Program-made: the position numbers and the translations under genes | Part shown: one piece after another, positions 12,701 to 19,612 of the stretch | Numbering within the stretch: the first letter of the stretch is position 1 | Layout: each line of letters opens with the position of its first letter | Assembly (NCBI GenBank): GCA_001785735.1 | Contig: MFUP01000014.1 | Location: forward strand, 1 to 56,554 | DNA from: Candidatus Nomurabacteria bacterium RIFCSPLOWO2_01_FULL_33_24 | GTDB lineage: Bacteria > Patescibacteriota > Minisyncoccia > Phycocordibacterales > MFUP01 | Length of the DNA stretch: 56,554 nucleotides | Reading direction: 5' to 3' | Notes under the pieces: model-generated | The model's input: the letters and a program-made list of their open reading frames with translations, nothing else | What the model was told of the DNA's origin: nothing | The model's database searches: none

Positions 12701-14430
12701 GTTGGATTATTTTCAATTCTTTCTTTTATATCATCAGTTGTTCCATAGGAAGAATTTTTCCAAGTTGTATTAATGGTTTCTGTCCCAATTGTTATTCCAA
12801 AATTTGATGGAAGCCAATGTCCAGCATTCCCCCGGACAGCAATTAATGCCAAATCCGTAGTATTAGAACCAGAACTCAAAAGCGAACCGGTTGATTCTCC
12901 TGTTTCAAAAATAGGATCCCCTACTATGGAAAATGATGTGGAATTTGTTGGAATTTTTGGAATAATGGAAACAGTGGTCGCTGGTTTGAATATATTTGCG
13001 GCTGCTCCTAACCAAGAATCATAATAACGAGCATAAATAATTAAATCACTACCCTGAGTTTCAGCAAAATATAATGTCTTCAAGGAACCACTATTAATCT
13101 TATTAGCTAAATCAATAACTACATTATTTATATTATTATTGTTAGTTGAAGAGATTGATACTCCGCTTAGAGAAAGATTAAAGGTACTTTTTTCGGGATT
13201 AAGGAGATCAATTGGAGCAAAAAAAGTTATTTTCTGTTTTAAGTTTGTTGGGGAAACAATTGCTGTCGCGCCCCCATTGGTGCTCATAGTTACTTGAATA
13301 TCAACATTTGGATAAAAAGAGGATAAAATTATATCTCCCCTAATTGAAGAAGCGCAAACATAACTAGGACACCACACATCATTAACTTGCTTAGCTAAAG
13401 ATTTAGCCGCGTCATTCGCCGATAAGGCCGGGTTATTAGAAGAAAGAGGGGCCTTATATATCCAAGGATTGGAACCACCATAAAAATCATAAAGATATTT
13501 CCAAAGTTCCAAGGAAAAATAACCAGTACCGTCAAGTTCAACTTTTGTAGTGATTCTCCGGCCAGACGAACTTCGTCTATTCCCGGGATTTGGCCAATCA
13601 GCTTGAGCCGTACAAGCATCATAATTTGATTGTTTAGCAAGATCCCTCCCCCTCCAATTAAGAACAGCTTGATTCCCAGTTTCAACAACAACAACATTTG
13701 CTGGGCCAAAAGGAGGAGGAAGAAGATTCTGATCTTTCTCTATCGTAAGATCTAAAAAAGGTATTCTGAGTTTGGCTTTTACTCCCTGACTTCCGCTAAA
13801 AAAATTAATCCACCCAAAAACATTTGATCCCCAGGCATTCCCGATAAAAGAATTTTCATTTGTTGAGCTTCCTGAATTTTTATAAATATGTTTATAAGTA
13901 ACCCCGCCATTACCAGTTCCATCAGGAGAAGAATGATTAGCTCCCGAAAGTTCAATCCAACCATCCCAGCCACCAAGTTTGGCTCCTGTTAAACTTTCAG
14001 TAGCCCCGCTACAACCAGTTAAATAGACTTTGCAAGCCCGAATCCAACCAGTTACTTTCCCAAAATTGACATTATTTATTGGAGGAGTTAATTCAACTTT
14101 AGCCTTGCAATCATTAGGATCAGTTGGTTGATCAGGACAAATATCCACAGAAAAATCTGGATTAAAATTAATCCAACCAATATTATCTGACCAAGCCATT
14201 CCAGAGAGTTCCCCTGTCATATCGTCCATGGCCACTTCCCATCCGGAACCAACACAAGAAGAATCATTTAAACAAGAAAAACTGATCCAACCGATATTAT
14301 CAGACCAAGCATAACCTCTTAGGGTTCCATACGCCCCGGCCGCCAAGGTTTGATTAGTAAAAAGAGAAAAACCAAAAATAAACAAAAAAATAAAAATGAC
14401 TAAATATGAGATTATATACTTTTTACTCAT
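724..14430 (-). CDS. giant modular secreted/cell-surface protein (4,568 aa), function unknown
   Basis: Single uninterrupted minus-strand frame. I place the start at ATG 14430 (MSKKYIISYLVIFIFLFIFGFSLFTNQTLAAG, signal/anchor-like). The 14431-14613 extension overlaps the upstream small ORF in another frame. The body has N-terminal W-x-DNIGWI-F repeats, five super-repeats marked by WW[AG]xNVxY..C, and many ~80-100 aa units with a central IN dipeptide. Repeated Cys-containing beta-sandwich-like modules end in Y.L.C....V.VLP, and the C-terminus has Cys-bracketed CPNI..G.Q...P.G repeats. Confidence 0.85.
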   Translation of the reverse strand: MSKKYIISYLVIFIFLFIFGFSLFTNQTLAAGAYGTLRGYAWSDNIGWISFSCLNDSSCVGSGWEVAMDDMTGELSGMAWSDNIGWINFNPDFSVDICPDQPTDPNDCKAKVELTPPINNVNFGKVTGWIRACKVYLTGCSGATESLTGAKLGGWDGWIELSGANHSSPDGTGNGGVTYKHIYKNSGSSTNENSFIGNAWGSNVFGWINFFSGSQGVKAKLRIPFLDLTIEKDQNLLPPPFGPANVVVVETGNQAVLNWRGRDLAKQSNYDACTAQADWPNPGNRRSSSGRRITTKVELDGTGYFSLELWKYLYDFYGGSNPWIYKAPLSSNNPALSANDAAKSLAKQVNDVWCPSYVCASSIRGDIILSSFYPNVDIQVTMSTNGGATAIVSPTNLKQKITFFAPIDLLNPEKSTFNLSLSGVSISSTNNNNINNVVIDLANKINSGSLKTLYFAETQGSDLIIYARYYDSWLGAAANIFKPATTVSIIPKIPTNSTSFSIVGDPIFETGESTGSLLSSGSNTTDLALIAVRGNAGHWLPSNFGITIGTETINTTWKNSSYGTTDDIKERIENNPTLNSLVEVKHLYDEILGISIILIETKTGNSFTVSNSTTGDAGEMDVISTVRKYTLSCPTLGSISSISRTVYAGVLDYVFSLGLKAESDDPYAYPSGKTTDLTVPSGAEAILTWDSDDDSLICESASSGVGSDWAGGNIGLGLGTSRNPYSPNPAIVLSQEVTLTGTSGTFNLNIIPTDTTLNSISVSENYDTNLSTTADNLAQAINSAGVSAIKATAHNGSNLSSKVFIDSSGSTSFTVSISGTGNMSLGKTEGETTGILINDGTATSTEKAILTVSGGTSGSSDKFGLKIDGNPIGPIFAQSSPESTAQMLVSYISSYIDNYASGMTVSREPGTSEIIIISTTPFTITDEGTEKDVNSNSPPNIEIGYTIVKKYTLICTNVDNNIFTETATITILPEPTSDLTARTKNTGGGFLPAVSVVSGADYSVLPDWMGGDDWGRLKWWGHNVDYSSCQAENSYTENSFQGREWDWSDPSYHGHKGSLTPVAGKQGIGTLKEVKIKLVSGIIGNNFNIRINDQSIIQLFDTSLKITADKLKDKINNIATNGEAFFVTASIDPTDADGKTIIITSSSTGSLFNIGDDGSSGTTQIIPTEAVNDGSLIFTTAATAILSGSNIGGEFKIKIKGITKSVTLGSTYPTLAQVATELARLITADIAGVSATAVDEIITIKSNSDIYDDTNSFNIDALDTSGGDAFISVESITTRLATITINGTSGTVVVEINGITSSVPWNTDKNTTAQDLAEKINEDNSGSAPSVSNSTFVSSVGATAEQNVVIINSFKTEIKKDILPLSGADISISSISAREKKIFLDKTSNLVTGSFKASLNKLSFTSPSPVSETINTKTLHQEAHNLGSNLTQSHSDVDFSSKYNVITLTSEINNSDAPLFEIIDGGSTVGAITIGTTVHSYQLSCEGISSTNFSTEDYSYVTILPAGKRINPSLTFTVERDPNPPASASDITINSGEIAKLVWSTTDMTSCDASGDWSNAINTSGFQLTSPLINNGIATDTEKAILTFSGYDSTFEITINNIYSVIKSSSTTADLAVDAMVLYINADPVLSPIVLASKDPLNPYVMILESVSGPFSVTDFNTSDAYRDGNIDIALVDTYEYILTCHDAGGNDYPESVTVTVLPKPSVSLIVDDPFSASPSTAVVYDGDDVILKWWAHNVKYNQCYGANNYGSFSDWWFNGFPSFHATKPPLDPSGIGTQATFQLENDGLTANTTVASATLSGTAGTFEIKINSQPINVSATGDLTADALSLKNEIDSLAITGLTTTQNGPVITLSSSTLFNIDSSSTSGGNAHIMIESIATKLGSITVNNSINLAFYGAIINGTPISVAFSPALSEGKIAKNLAIAINTNTSVNKKVIAHREGTTVIITALSVVGHIDFGPNNPATTTVSSLSDPTTRTKTITFTGGSSGDTFKVEINGSSYSYPLGPGETATEAALEIFNLISIAGTTTTLDGNKITITLNASNNSNTASAFTLTKSSTMTGDVTVGTKVREYNLNCLGVDGTTAYEEAYVTVLPIGIEPQTGITLTVESDNPNTQPSPSPAAYSDIIIPSGAEIDLEWVATDIDPGSCLASGDWTTTGSKADSGSETEGPLINDGTATDTEKAILTVEPSTTGGEYKIIFGIGGTDYTTNLVTSSFDKKVDTGFIVIEINNLGIPNLIASQPDPSAPLIEIISSSPFTIRQAVDSTGIANLAIALVKTFEYELSCNDSSGTPITPSEKVIVNVLPEADNDLSVKKSSDLVYRKAEAVSDGETIDIQWWAHNVNYDTCWAKNNYDARNTPPGDWQWTSAGFHATQPLLSPPGPGGNLNVPVENTGDGGLIKSDMNIMSVALSKSTGATGTFKLTVDFSNNFSVLSSVPDPIAELSDAIDSHSQYSASVSGSQIIIRKDSGNFLNVLDNSSGDVKLIIQPVQTQLGSVVVNSGTAGVEINGTVITGSDTSTLATNINNNSSVNQEVVATVVDGEIIISSLRIVDKSSLSNKITINPISSSRARKVTITNSLTNGSQKYGIEINGISISSLSWQTPILPFSDYAQDLANKINNDNSLNKYFTAKAEGADIYITLNSIDTNYNGSYFKLQKDITTSGDFVVGTVVHEYDLYCGGVPNSDSEVFDSAFVSVFPTGVEIGSSSGIFTVESDNPNTQPSPSPVAYPDIIIPSGAEALLKWSMGDMTSCQASGDWAAPMGTGPRGISSTFQRDIIFSGSGQFRIKINLPGQGYVTKSFASSAQAAHAFASDWDSLPNINAIANGEIVTLSGMGITPDVLTSTPTRVNLNDPWTEGESTGILINNGTQTVTKKAILTLSGNSGNYFGVIIEGTAVEVPFNNNFTDSYTALINKINDTFPGYITAVSTGTNTIEVSSSSSWFTITEKRPNPNPGSYYGYEGTIGGNLIINIALVDTYEYILTCQDVAGNNYPESVTVTVLPEPEVGLTVEGTITNVGPSSVVSISPNSAGERVRLKWWGNNVKYDTNNCRARNNDGDSNWIWQGPGYHATKVLPPFGLGAGSAETNNFLKNNGAGTSSVQLATVTIDDIGGTYEIEIDGSPISASESTKSAIANALRDAINSDPIVSELVTAISKNNVVIINSFPTKDTTSSSINSISVSTIDAYTKMLTLSGNATGSGDTWGIEVNGITKYQNPSDPSNLVNDASGLSTKLNTIPGIIAIPNGKTIKVNLESVATQAGTFDITTSSPKLTLGTVVKAYEVQCEGVPGTGGMIDKKEVYVTVLPEEEDTSGITFDVKSDDPDTKPSPNTPTDSIVIPSGAEAELTWEATDMSSCLATGNWSGNKNPLGGQETQGPLINDGTQAYTKKAIVTLSGGIEGIDLGTNDQFWLVINGNHFGPFLASGDTDSDAELIALFINDIQTTVPNLTATAFGSKIVITSPTPFSITDGADNFELNNGFYTDSYNPANMTIALIDTYKYILTCDGTPKEVTVDVLPDPYVNLTVEKTPSGPDTLINVPSGSEVDIRWWGGNVDYSTCVSTNNYGSSSDWNWTDPSWHATQNPLHPGPGLNTTGVLNNSGTIASNTLSASAQLYGTSGTFHLKINSNTYDKTVNNNLTLSASNLVSLINSNSGTTGINAISSGNIITVYSNSQFTIEDMTNNIVYGDNAKIIIQSSYTNLAGVVLSGNSGTFGLAINNNPISTPLIVPLSNSAINLANEINDPNNNVSNEVVAMAKNETVLINSFPVKDLSRDSMGFPTFRSTFSPTNSIFSRIITLTENSIFGGRFKVELNGATIDSVTYSGDLVADAETLTNEINYKKYSSGVTAVWNGNNTITITLDIKNTNNSKFIITNYGTTGDVQTLIGTKVFVYQTSCQGVSGLATEATEKTADQKAYVNVLPPTVPIVDIRADGKNSLSLPATGGLIKLTWKTRNIVSGSCVASVVPSNAGIPMWYNGQSLSDNAPTPGSGLAFVGINLTQSATFTITCDDEFGGTVNDSVPVLLGANIDIKAKNTEATDPLPAGNYYDDITVPSAPGADAVLEWTGSDTKPGSCSALGVDWNYSLLVDPTGRETILQTDLVNTNTNNTSVVKEYDIECLRNDPNADTLISKIIFETGGTIDYEITINGILITKRKGFWTSISTIVAEITDDINSHPDNSPNGIFNITAVVDPRDSTNRTIILWSETTGFKIITSSSPDNKIRNENIVADTTTITILPPEDVCPNIPNIQLVVPLGFNLVDGNCLPDPGPDWCPNILGTQNSLPAGMTINSDGDCIYMSGYCSDPLATNTGSPLPCEYNPEGNLYLQALSGLTPAPFNPASLKYETGLRWGTNTFAPGDLNSCLAYSFDNSFIPRISALLPSSDISNYSGKITTANWDPAGTGTAIAIPNTSNSPLGPVLEVETPENPTVYVIDCLDSSNNHFFDTEVVSQQILTPTVNLTYSNFIPDPANVPPQDMIPGTVDLRWSGNNLLANSCNATSSFGAPVWNTDTNFATSGTKTSVIVSPYPGPVTLTITCQSEIDPSVYVSDSVILTNNSPINPLPEIIFEEI

Positions 14431-14732
14431 TGAGATAAGCTGTCTAAAATTTCTTGTTTTTGTTCTAAAGAATAGGTGTCTTCTGATGGGAATTCTTCCA
14501 TTATTTTTATCATTTCTTTTTCGGACAATTCTCTTTGATCCAAAAAACGATTGAAGCCAATGAGAGCCATAACTATTAAAATAACAAGAATAGTAATTAA
14601 AAAAAACTTCCATTTATTTTTTGGGGTTTTTGAAATGATAGCAACTGGTTTTTCAGAATAAGAATAAGAATCTGTTTTTTTGTTTTGATTTTGAAGACTA
14701 AAATCTTGAAATTGATTTTTATTTTCTTCCAT
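14427..14732 (-). CDS. small single-pass membrane protein, translationally coupled to the giant gene
   Basis: 101-aa ORF with one clear TM helix (WKFFLITILVILIVMALIGF). Its stop overlaps the ATG of the giant gene (ATGA at 14427-14430). Confidence 0.6.
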   Translation of the reverse strand: MEENKNQFQDFSLQNQNKKTDSYSYSEKPVAIISKTPKNKWKFFLITILVILIVMALIGFNRFLDQRELSEKEMIKIMEEFPSEDTYSLEQKQEILDSLSQ

Positions 14733-14822
14733 AAATATGCCACTATTATACCACCAAGAGTATTTAAAAACAAAAGATAATAATTAAAATATTAATGTGG
14801 ATAAAACAGCGACTAAATAAGA

Positions 14823-14851
14823 TTGACTTTTTTATTAGAACAACTTAATAT
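14823..14851 (+). promoter_or_regulatory. sigma70-like promoter candidate upstream of nusA (TTGACT-17 nt-TAATAT)
   Basis: TTGACT at 14823-14828 and TAATAT at 14846-14851, 17-nt spacer. Chance matches are likely in AT-rich DNA. Confidence 0.3.
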
Positions 14852-14859
14852 TAAGTAAT

Positions 14860-14889
14860 AAGTCCGTCTCGAAACGGACTTTCGTTTTT
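14860..14889 (+). terminator. intrinsic-terminator-like hairpin in the nusA 5' leader (possible attenuator)
   Basis: The 8-bp stem aagtccgt/acggactt with 6-nt loop is followed by tcgttttt. It lies between divergent genes, so it terminates no upstream + strand gene. Confidence 0.4.
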
Positions 14890-14914
14890 ATAAAGTTAGT
14901 TTAAAATAAATTAT

Positions 14915-16144
14915 ATGTTGGACTTAAAAGTAATGAGATCGGCGTTGGAACAATTAGAAGAAGAAAGAAAAATTCCCAAAGAAAAAATAATTGAAGCAAT
15001 AGAACAAGCTTTGGCGGCTGCCTATAAAAAGGATTATGGAAAAAAAGATCAAATTATTAGAGCTCATTTTGATCTTGATACTGGAAAAACTGATTTTTAC
15101 CAAGTAAAAATTGTTGTTGATGAATCAACCACCAGAATAGAAGAAGATAACGACTCGGAAGAAGAGGAGACAGGGATTGACGAAATGAATGAAGATAAAA
15201 AAAGAGCAAGATATAATACAGAGAGACATATTCTCTTAGCAGATGCAAAGAAAATTAAAAGTGGTATTAAATTAGATGATGAAATAACTTTTCCCCTAGA
15301 AGCTAAGGATGATTATGGGAGAATTGCTGCCCAAACAGCTAAACAAGTTATTATTCAACGTATTCGGGAAGCCGAAAGAAGTTCCATTATTAGCGAATAT
15401 GGGGAAAAAGAAGAAGAAATTGTTAGCGGAATTGTTCAAAAAATTGAAAGGGGGAATGTTTTTGTTGATTTTAATCGAGTGACAGGAATTCTTCCCTACA
15501 ACGAACAAATTCCTGGGGAACATTATCGCCAAGGACAAAGAGTTAGAGCTTTTCTTTATTCAGTTGAAGAAACTCCTAGAGGAATTAATTTAAAATTATC
15601 CAGAACCCACCCCAGATTCTTGGAAAAATTATTTGAAATGGAAGTTCCAGAAATTGCTAATAATGTCGTTGAAATAAAAAGTATTGCCCGAGAAGCTGGT
15701 TCTCGTTCTAAAATAGCTGTTATGTCTAATGACGAACAAATTGATCCTGTTGGGTCTTGTGTTGGCCAAAAAGGAATTAGAGTAACAACTGTTATGGGTG
15801 AGTTAGGGGGAGAAAAAATTGATATTATTGAATGGTCTGAAGATCCAGCTGAATTTGTAATTAGCGCTCTTTCTCCTGCTAAAATTCTTGATATTAACAT
15901 TGAAGAAAAAGAAAGAAAAGCAATTATTGAGGTAGCTGAGGATCAACTTTCTTTAGCTATTGGAAAAGGTGGACAAAATGTCCGTCTGGCGGCTAAATTA
16001 ACTGGGTGGCGAATTGATATTCGTGGAGTGGAAGGGGAAAAAGTTACCTCTTCAGAGGAAGAACTTAATGGGGAAGAAATTTCCAAGATGGAGGAAATCT
16101 CGACTTCCGATAATGAAAATAAGGAAATTAAGAAAAAAGAATAA
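14915..16144 (+). CDS. nusA: transcription termination/antitermination factor NusA
   Basis: N-terminal NusA domain (KIIEAIEQALAAAYKK), an S1-like segment and two KH segments (GSCVGQKGIRV, AIGKGGQNVRLAAKLTGWRIDI), plus an acidic tail. Confidence 0.92.
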   Translation: MLDLKVMRSALEQLEEERKIPKEKIIEAIEQALAAAYKKDYGKKDQIIRAHFDLDTGKTDFYQVKIVVDESTTRIEEDNDSEEEETGIDEMNEDKKRARYNTERHILLADAKKIKSGIKLDDEITFPLEAKDDYGRIAAQTAKQVIIQRIREAERSSIISEYGEKEEEIVSGIVQKIERGNVFVDFNRVTGILPYNEQIPGEHYRQGQRVRAFLYSVEETPRGINLKLSRTHPRFLEKLFEMEVPEIANNVVEIKSIAREAGSRSKIAVMSNDEQIDPVGSCVGQKGIRVTTVMGELGGEKIDIIEWSEDPAEFVISALSPAKILDINIEEKERKAIIEVAEDQLSLAIGKGGQNVRLAAKLTGWRIDIRGVEGEKVTSSEEELNGEEISKMEEISTSDNENKEIKKKE

Positions 16145-16179
16145 CAAATAATTATTAATTAATTTTACATAAATAAAAT

Positions 16180-18165
16180 ATGATTAACACATTTATTTTG
16201 GCTAGCGCAATATTAGCAATTGTTTATGGAATCGGATTGATTGGAAAAATTATGAAGCTTCCTGATGGAAACAACCGAATGAGAGAAATTGCTAAGGCTA
16301 TTCAGGAAGGAGCTAAGGCTTATCTTAATAGACAATATAAAACAATTGCCTTAGTGGCGATTATTCTTTTCATTATTATTGGTTTTGTTCCTTCTTTGGG
16401 ATGGATAACGGCTATTGGGTTTTTAATTGGAGCAATTTTGTCTGGGTTAGCGGGGTATATTGGCATGAATGTTTCTGTTAGAGCTAATGTTAGAACAGCT
16501 GAAGCTGCTCGGGGAGGAATAAAAAAAGCTTTAACAGTTGCTATTAATGGTGGAACTGTCACAGGAATGTTAGTAGTGGGATTAGCTCTTTTGGGAACCG
16601 CCAGTTTTTATCTGATAACAAAAGACTTAAATGCTTTGATTGGGTTAGCTTTTGGAGGATCTTTAATTTCTATTTTTGCTCGATTGGGTGGGGGTATTTT
16701 TACCAAAGCAGCTGATGTGGGAGCTGATCTGGTTGGAAAGGTTGAGGCTGGTATCCCAGAAGATGATCCTCGTAATCCGGCTGTCATTGCTGATAATGTT
16801 GGTGATAATGTTGGTGATTGCGCCGGGATGGCGGCTGATTTATTTGAAACCTATGCTGTTACTTCTATTGCTGGGATGGTTTTGGGTGGGTTATTAATTT
16901 CTGGTTTTGAGAATGCCATTATTTATCCTCTTGTTCTCGGAGCAGTTTCCATTCTAGCTTCTATTGTTGGATCTTTTTTTATTAGATTAGGAAAAAAGAA
17001 AAATATAATGGGAGCTCTTTATAAAGGATTGATTGCTTCTGGAATTTTGGCTGCTATTGGTTTTTATCCTGTCACTAATTTTATAATGTCTGGAAACGGA
17101 CAATTTAATGTTGTTAAAATTTATTTGGCTTCTTTGGTTGGTTTGGTTATTACTGCTCTTATGGTAATTATTACTGAATACTATACTTCAACTAAATATA
17201 AACCTGTTAGAGATATTGCCAAGTCTTCAGAAACAGGGCCTGGTACTAATATTATTACCGGCTTAGCTGTTTCTATGAAATCAACTGCTTGGCCAATTAT
17301 TGTTATTGTCGCTGGAATTTTAGGAGCTTATGCCTTGGCAGATCTTTATGGAATAGCTATTGCCGCCGTTTCTATGCTTTCTATGGCTGGAATGATTATC
17401 GCTATTGATTCTTATGGACCAATTACTGATAATGCTGGGGGAATTGCCGAAATGGCCGAGATGGGAGAAAATGTTCGGGCAGTAACGGATCCTTTAGACG
17501 CAGTTGGAAATACTACTAAAGCAGTCACTAAGGGATATGCTATTAGTTCTGCTGCTCTAGCCGCCTTAGTTTTATTTGCTGATTTTACTCATACTATTAA
17601 TGTAGATCTTCATTTTTCCATTAATAATCCTTATGTCTTGGCTGGTTTATTTATTGGTGGTTTACTCCCTTATTTGTTTGGGGCCATGGCTATGCAGGCC
17701 GTTGGTAAAACTGCCGGAGAAGTAGTAAAAGATGTCAGAAAACAATTTCAAGAAAAACCAGGGATTATGCAAGGAACGGAAAAACCAGATTATGGACGAA
17801 CAGTTGATATGGTTACTAGAGCTGGAATAAAAGAAATGATTATTCCTGCCTTAATCCCGGTTGTTGTGCCAATCGTAGTTGGGTTTGCTTTGGGGGTGGA
17901 AGCTTTGGGAGGATTATTGGTTGGAGCAATTATTACTGGAATCTTTGTCGCTATTTCTATGACTTCTGGTGGTGGAGCTTGGGATAATGCTAAAAAATAT
18001 ATTGAGGATGGAAACCATGGGGGAAAAGGTTCTGAGGCTCATAAAGCCGCCGTGACCGGTGATACAGTTGGTGATCCCTATAAAGATACCGCTGGTCCAG
18101 CCATAAATCCAATGATCAAAATTCTTAATATTGTTGCTTTATTAATAGTTGCGATGTTGCTATAA
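16180..18165 (+). CDS. hppA: membrane-bound proton/sodium-translocating inorganic pyrophosphatase
   Basis: Polytopic membrane protein with signature [53 protein letters not shown] and a C-terminal [17 protein letters not shown] motif. Confidence 0.93.
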   Translation: MINTFILASAILAIVYGIGLIGKIMKLPDGNNRMREIAKAIQEGAKAYLNRQYKTIALVAIILFIIIGFVPSLGWITAIGFLIGAILSGLAGYIGMNVSVRANVRTAEAARGGIKKALTVAINGGTVTGMLVVGLALLGTASFYLITKDLNALIGLAFGGSLISIFARLGGGIFTKAADVGADLVGKVEAGIPEDDPRNPAVIADNVGDNVGDCAGMAADLFETYAVTSIAGMVLGGLLISGFENAIIYPLVLGAVSILASIVGSFFIRLGKKKNIMGALYKGLIASGILAAIGFYPVTNFIMSGNGQFNVVKIYLASLVGLVITALMVIITEYYTSTKYKPVRDIAKSSETGPGTNIITGLAVSMKSTAWPIIVIVAGILGAYALADLYGIAIAAVSMLSMAGMIIAIDSYGPITDNAGGIAEMAEMGENVRAVTDPLDAVGNTTKAVTKGYAISSAALAALVLFADFTHTINVDLHFSINNPYVLAGLFIGGLLPYLFGAMAMQAVGKTAGEVVKDVRKQFQEKPGIMQGTEKPDYGRTVDMVTRAGIKEMIIPALIPVVVPIVVGFALGVEALGGLLVGAIITGIFVAISMTSGGGAWDNAKKYIEDGNHGGKGSEAHKAAVTGDTVGDPYKDTAGPAINPMIKILNIVALLIVAMLL

Positions 18166-18244
18166 TTAAAATATTAATAAATAACTTGTCCTGAGATTTT
18201 TATGGTGAGTTTACTAAATCAGTCGAAAGGATAAATATAATATC

Positions 18245-18586
18245 ATGAATGAAAATATAAATACTGGGGAACAAAATAGTCCTAATAATGAAATATTCAC
18301 AAAATCAAGAAATAAAAAAAATGGGTCCCCAATAGGAATAATTATTATTGTCATAATTTTAGTGATTGGTGGTTTCTTTTTATTAAAAGATGAAAATGAA
18401 AAAAATATTCCTAAAAATGAAGAAGCGATTGTTGATCAAGTTGAAGAAATTAGTACTCAAACAATTGATAATGAATTAACTGCCTTGGAAGATGAATTGA
18501 ATCTTGATGCTGAACTTCAAGTTATTGAGGATGATTTAAGTGATTTAAATAACATTAATCTAGATAATTTAGATTTGGGACTATAA
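18245..18586 (+). CDS. hypothetical single-pass membrane protein with acidic C-terminus
   Basis: 113-aa ORF with a TM helix (IGIIIIVIILVIGGFFLL) and an Asp/Glu/Leu-rich tail. Confidence 0.5.
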   Translation: MNENINTGEQNSPNNEIFTKSRNKKNGSPIGIIIIVIILVIGGFFLLKDENEKNIPKNEEAIVDQVEEISTQTIDNELTALEDELNLDAELQVIEDDLSDLNNINLDNLDLGL

Positions 18587-18595
18587 AAGATTGAT

Positions 18596-18640
18596 TGACA
18601 CTTAAAAAGAGTTCTTAAAAAGAACTCTTTTTAAGTGTCA
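18596..18640 (+). terminator. perfect 21-bp-stem hairpin (terminator or operator) between the 18245 ORF and the ECF sigma gene
   Basis: Arms tgacacttaaaaagagttctt / aagaactctttttaagtgtca with a 3-nt loop. No strong downstream U-tract. Confidence 0.45.
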
Positions 18641-18671
18641 CAAAATAAGTATAATAATCGTTATCTATGAA

Positions 18672-19223
18672 ATGAAAGAAGTACCAAGAAAAACCATAAA
18701 AGCTCTTTTTGAGGATGCTAGGAATGGGAATCAAAAAGCTTTTGAAATAATATATAAACAGCTTTATACTCCCCTGTTTCGTTTTATTTATTTTCGAATA
18801 AAAGAAGTCGATGAAACCAAAGATTTAACTCAAATAGTCTTTTTAAAAATCTTTAAATCAATAAATAATTTTAAAAATAGGGAAATAAATATTCTTCCTT
18901 ATTTTTTTGCTATTGCTCGTAATACCGTTATTGATTATTGGCGTCAGAAAAAAAATATTTTAATTAAAGAGGAGGAGATGGAAAAACATTTAAACGAAAC
19001 AATTAATCCTTTTCAACAAAAAGAAATAAAAGACGCAGTCCAAGTAGCTATCCAGATTTTACCTGAAAACCAACAAGAAATAATTATTTTAAAATTTATC
19101 AATGAATTAGAAAATAAAGAAATTAGTGCCATAACAAAAAAGTCTGAGGAAACTATCCGCCAACTCCAATCTCGTGGTTTAAAAAAATTAAGAAAATATT
19201 TTGAAGAAAATAATATTTTATGA
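18672..19223 (+). CDS. RNA polymerase ECF-type sigma-70 family factor
   Basis: Region 2-like (LTQIVFLKIF ... ARNTVIDYWRQKK) and region 4 HTH (ENKEISAITKKSEETIRQLQSRGLKKLRKY). Confidence 0.8.
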   Translation: MKEVPRKTIKALFEDARNGNQKAFEIIYKQLYTPLFRFIYFRIKEVDETKDLTQIVFLKIFKSINNFKNREINILPYFFAIARNTVIDYWRQKKNILIKEEEMEKHLNETINPFQQKEIKDAVQVAIQILPENQQEIIILKFINELENKEISAITKKSEETIRQLQSRGLKKLRKYFEENNIL

Positions 19224-19612
19224 AAGAAAAAAGAATAATTGAATTACTGACTCAAGCCAAAAACCAAATTGTTCCGGAAAAAGTTTGGCTCAATCAAATT
19301 TTAGATTCCGATTTTAAGAAAAAAGAAGGTCGATTTTTTATCAATATTAACAATTTAATTGATCAGATTAGATTTAAATTTATTTTGCCAACCGGGGTTG
19401 CTTTAGTTGCTTTAGTATTAATCTTTTTCAATATTCAAGTTGAGGTGAGAATAGCCAGACAGGCTGACGCTTTAACTTCAGAATTAATAGAGACAATCAT
19501 TTTAGATGATAATTATTTCCAACAAATTGAAGAAGAGGATCTAATAATGGCCACCGGCAATAGCGAGGATTTACATTCTTTTGATCAATTTTATGATGAA
19601 AATGATATTTAA
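19220..19612 (+). CDS. putative anti-sigma factor / single-pass membrane protein
   Basis: ATGA overlap with the sigma gene stop. One TM helix (FILPTGVALVALVLIFF). The call rests on position only. Confidence 0.4.
   Translation: MKEKRIIELLTQAKNQIVPEKVWLNQILDSDFKKKEGRFFININNLIDQIRFKFILPTGVALVALVLIFFNIQVEVRIARQADALTSELIETIILDDNYFQQIEEEDLIMATGNSEDLHSFDQFYDENDI

Noticed and set aside
1081-13024. About 20 + strand ORFs of 60-166 aa (and several short minus-strand ones) listed in the track inside the giant gene
   Set aside because: All are antisense or out-of-frame shadows of one continuous 13.7-kb frame. They have low-complexity, Ile/Leu/Ser-rich translations without motifs, as expected from repetitive coding sequence.
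724-14430. Diversity-generating retroelement (TR/VR) explanation for the near-identical segments in the giant gene
   Set aside because: There is no reverse transcriptase in the window. The mismatches between the copies are mostly transitions in both directions, not adenine-specific substitutions.
14431-14613. N-terminal 61-aa extension of the giant ORF (track start at 14613)
   Set aside because: The extension (MEVFFNYYSCYFNSYG...) overlaps the C-terminal coding part of the upstream 101-aa ORF in another frame. The internal ATG at 14430 gives a proper signal/anchor sequence and an ATGA coupling junction.
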